Source: Octopus vulgaris
Taxonomy: Eukaryota
Reading direction: 5' to 3'
DNA: 64,000 nucleotides
Assembly (NCBI GenBank): GCA_951406725.2
Contig: OX597815.1
Location: 92,938,001-93,002,000 of the forward strand
Shown one piece after another: positions 63,882 through 64,000 of this stretch; the stretch's first letter is position 1; every line of letters starts with the position of its first letter. The translations under genes were made by a program, and so were the position numbers. The notes beneath the pieces were generated by a model. The model saw only the letters and a list, made by a program, of their open reading frames with translations, ran no database searches and was not told the origin of the DNA.

Positions 63882-64000
63882 CTGAAATAGAAAAAGACAA
63901 TGAGAAAGATATATGTGTGTGTATATTTATGTAAGCAAACAATGAAAAAATAGTTTGTTTATTTGTCCAAAGCTAATGAATAATTCACTGTTAATGAGAG

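Overview
AT-rich, microsatellite-dense eukaryotic DNA. The repeat content (tRNA-derived SINEs, RTE LINEs with (GAT)n tails, Penelope-like elements) suggests an octopod cephalopod; this is inference from recognised repeat styles, not a database result. About 1-54.5 kb is a nested set of decayed transposons: Penelope-like retroelements (RT and GIY-YIG relics), RTE LINEs with a PHD-type finger in ORF2, Helitrons, mariner and DD37D/maT, piggyBac, hAT/hATm, a Chapaev3-like element and SINEs. No intact transposon ORF is visible. The last ~9 kb is less repetitive and has a probable terminal coding exon of a minus-strand host gene (63739-63881), plus a possible alternative last exon. The main signal is about ten minimal type I hammerhead ribozyme (HHR) motifs in at least six distinct short repeat families that look like Penelope pseudo-LTRs and mostly sit in (TA)n. 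The clearer motifs have a palindromic or near-palindromic stem III. The catalytic 3-8 base pair co-varies between families (C-G, U-A, U.G, G-C), which suggests structural selection on non-canonical cores. Also notable are two locally templated duplications (273 bp identical, 167 bp inverted), several foldback palindromes and a Helitron apparently carrying captured DNA. All alignments and folds were done by eye, and repeat boundaries are approximate.
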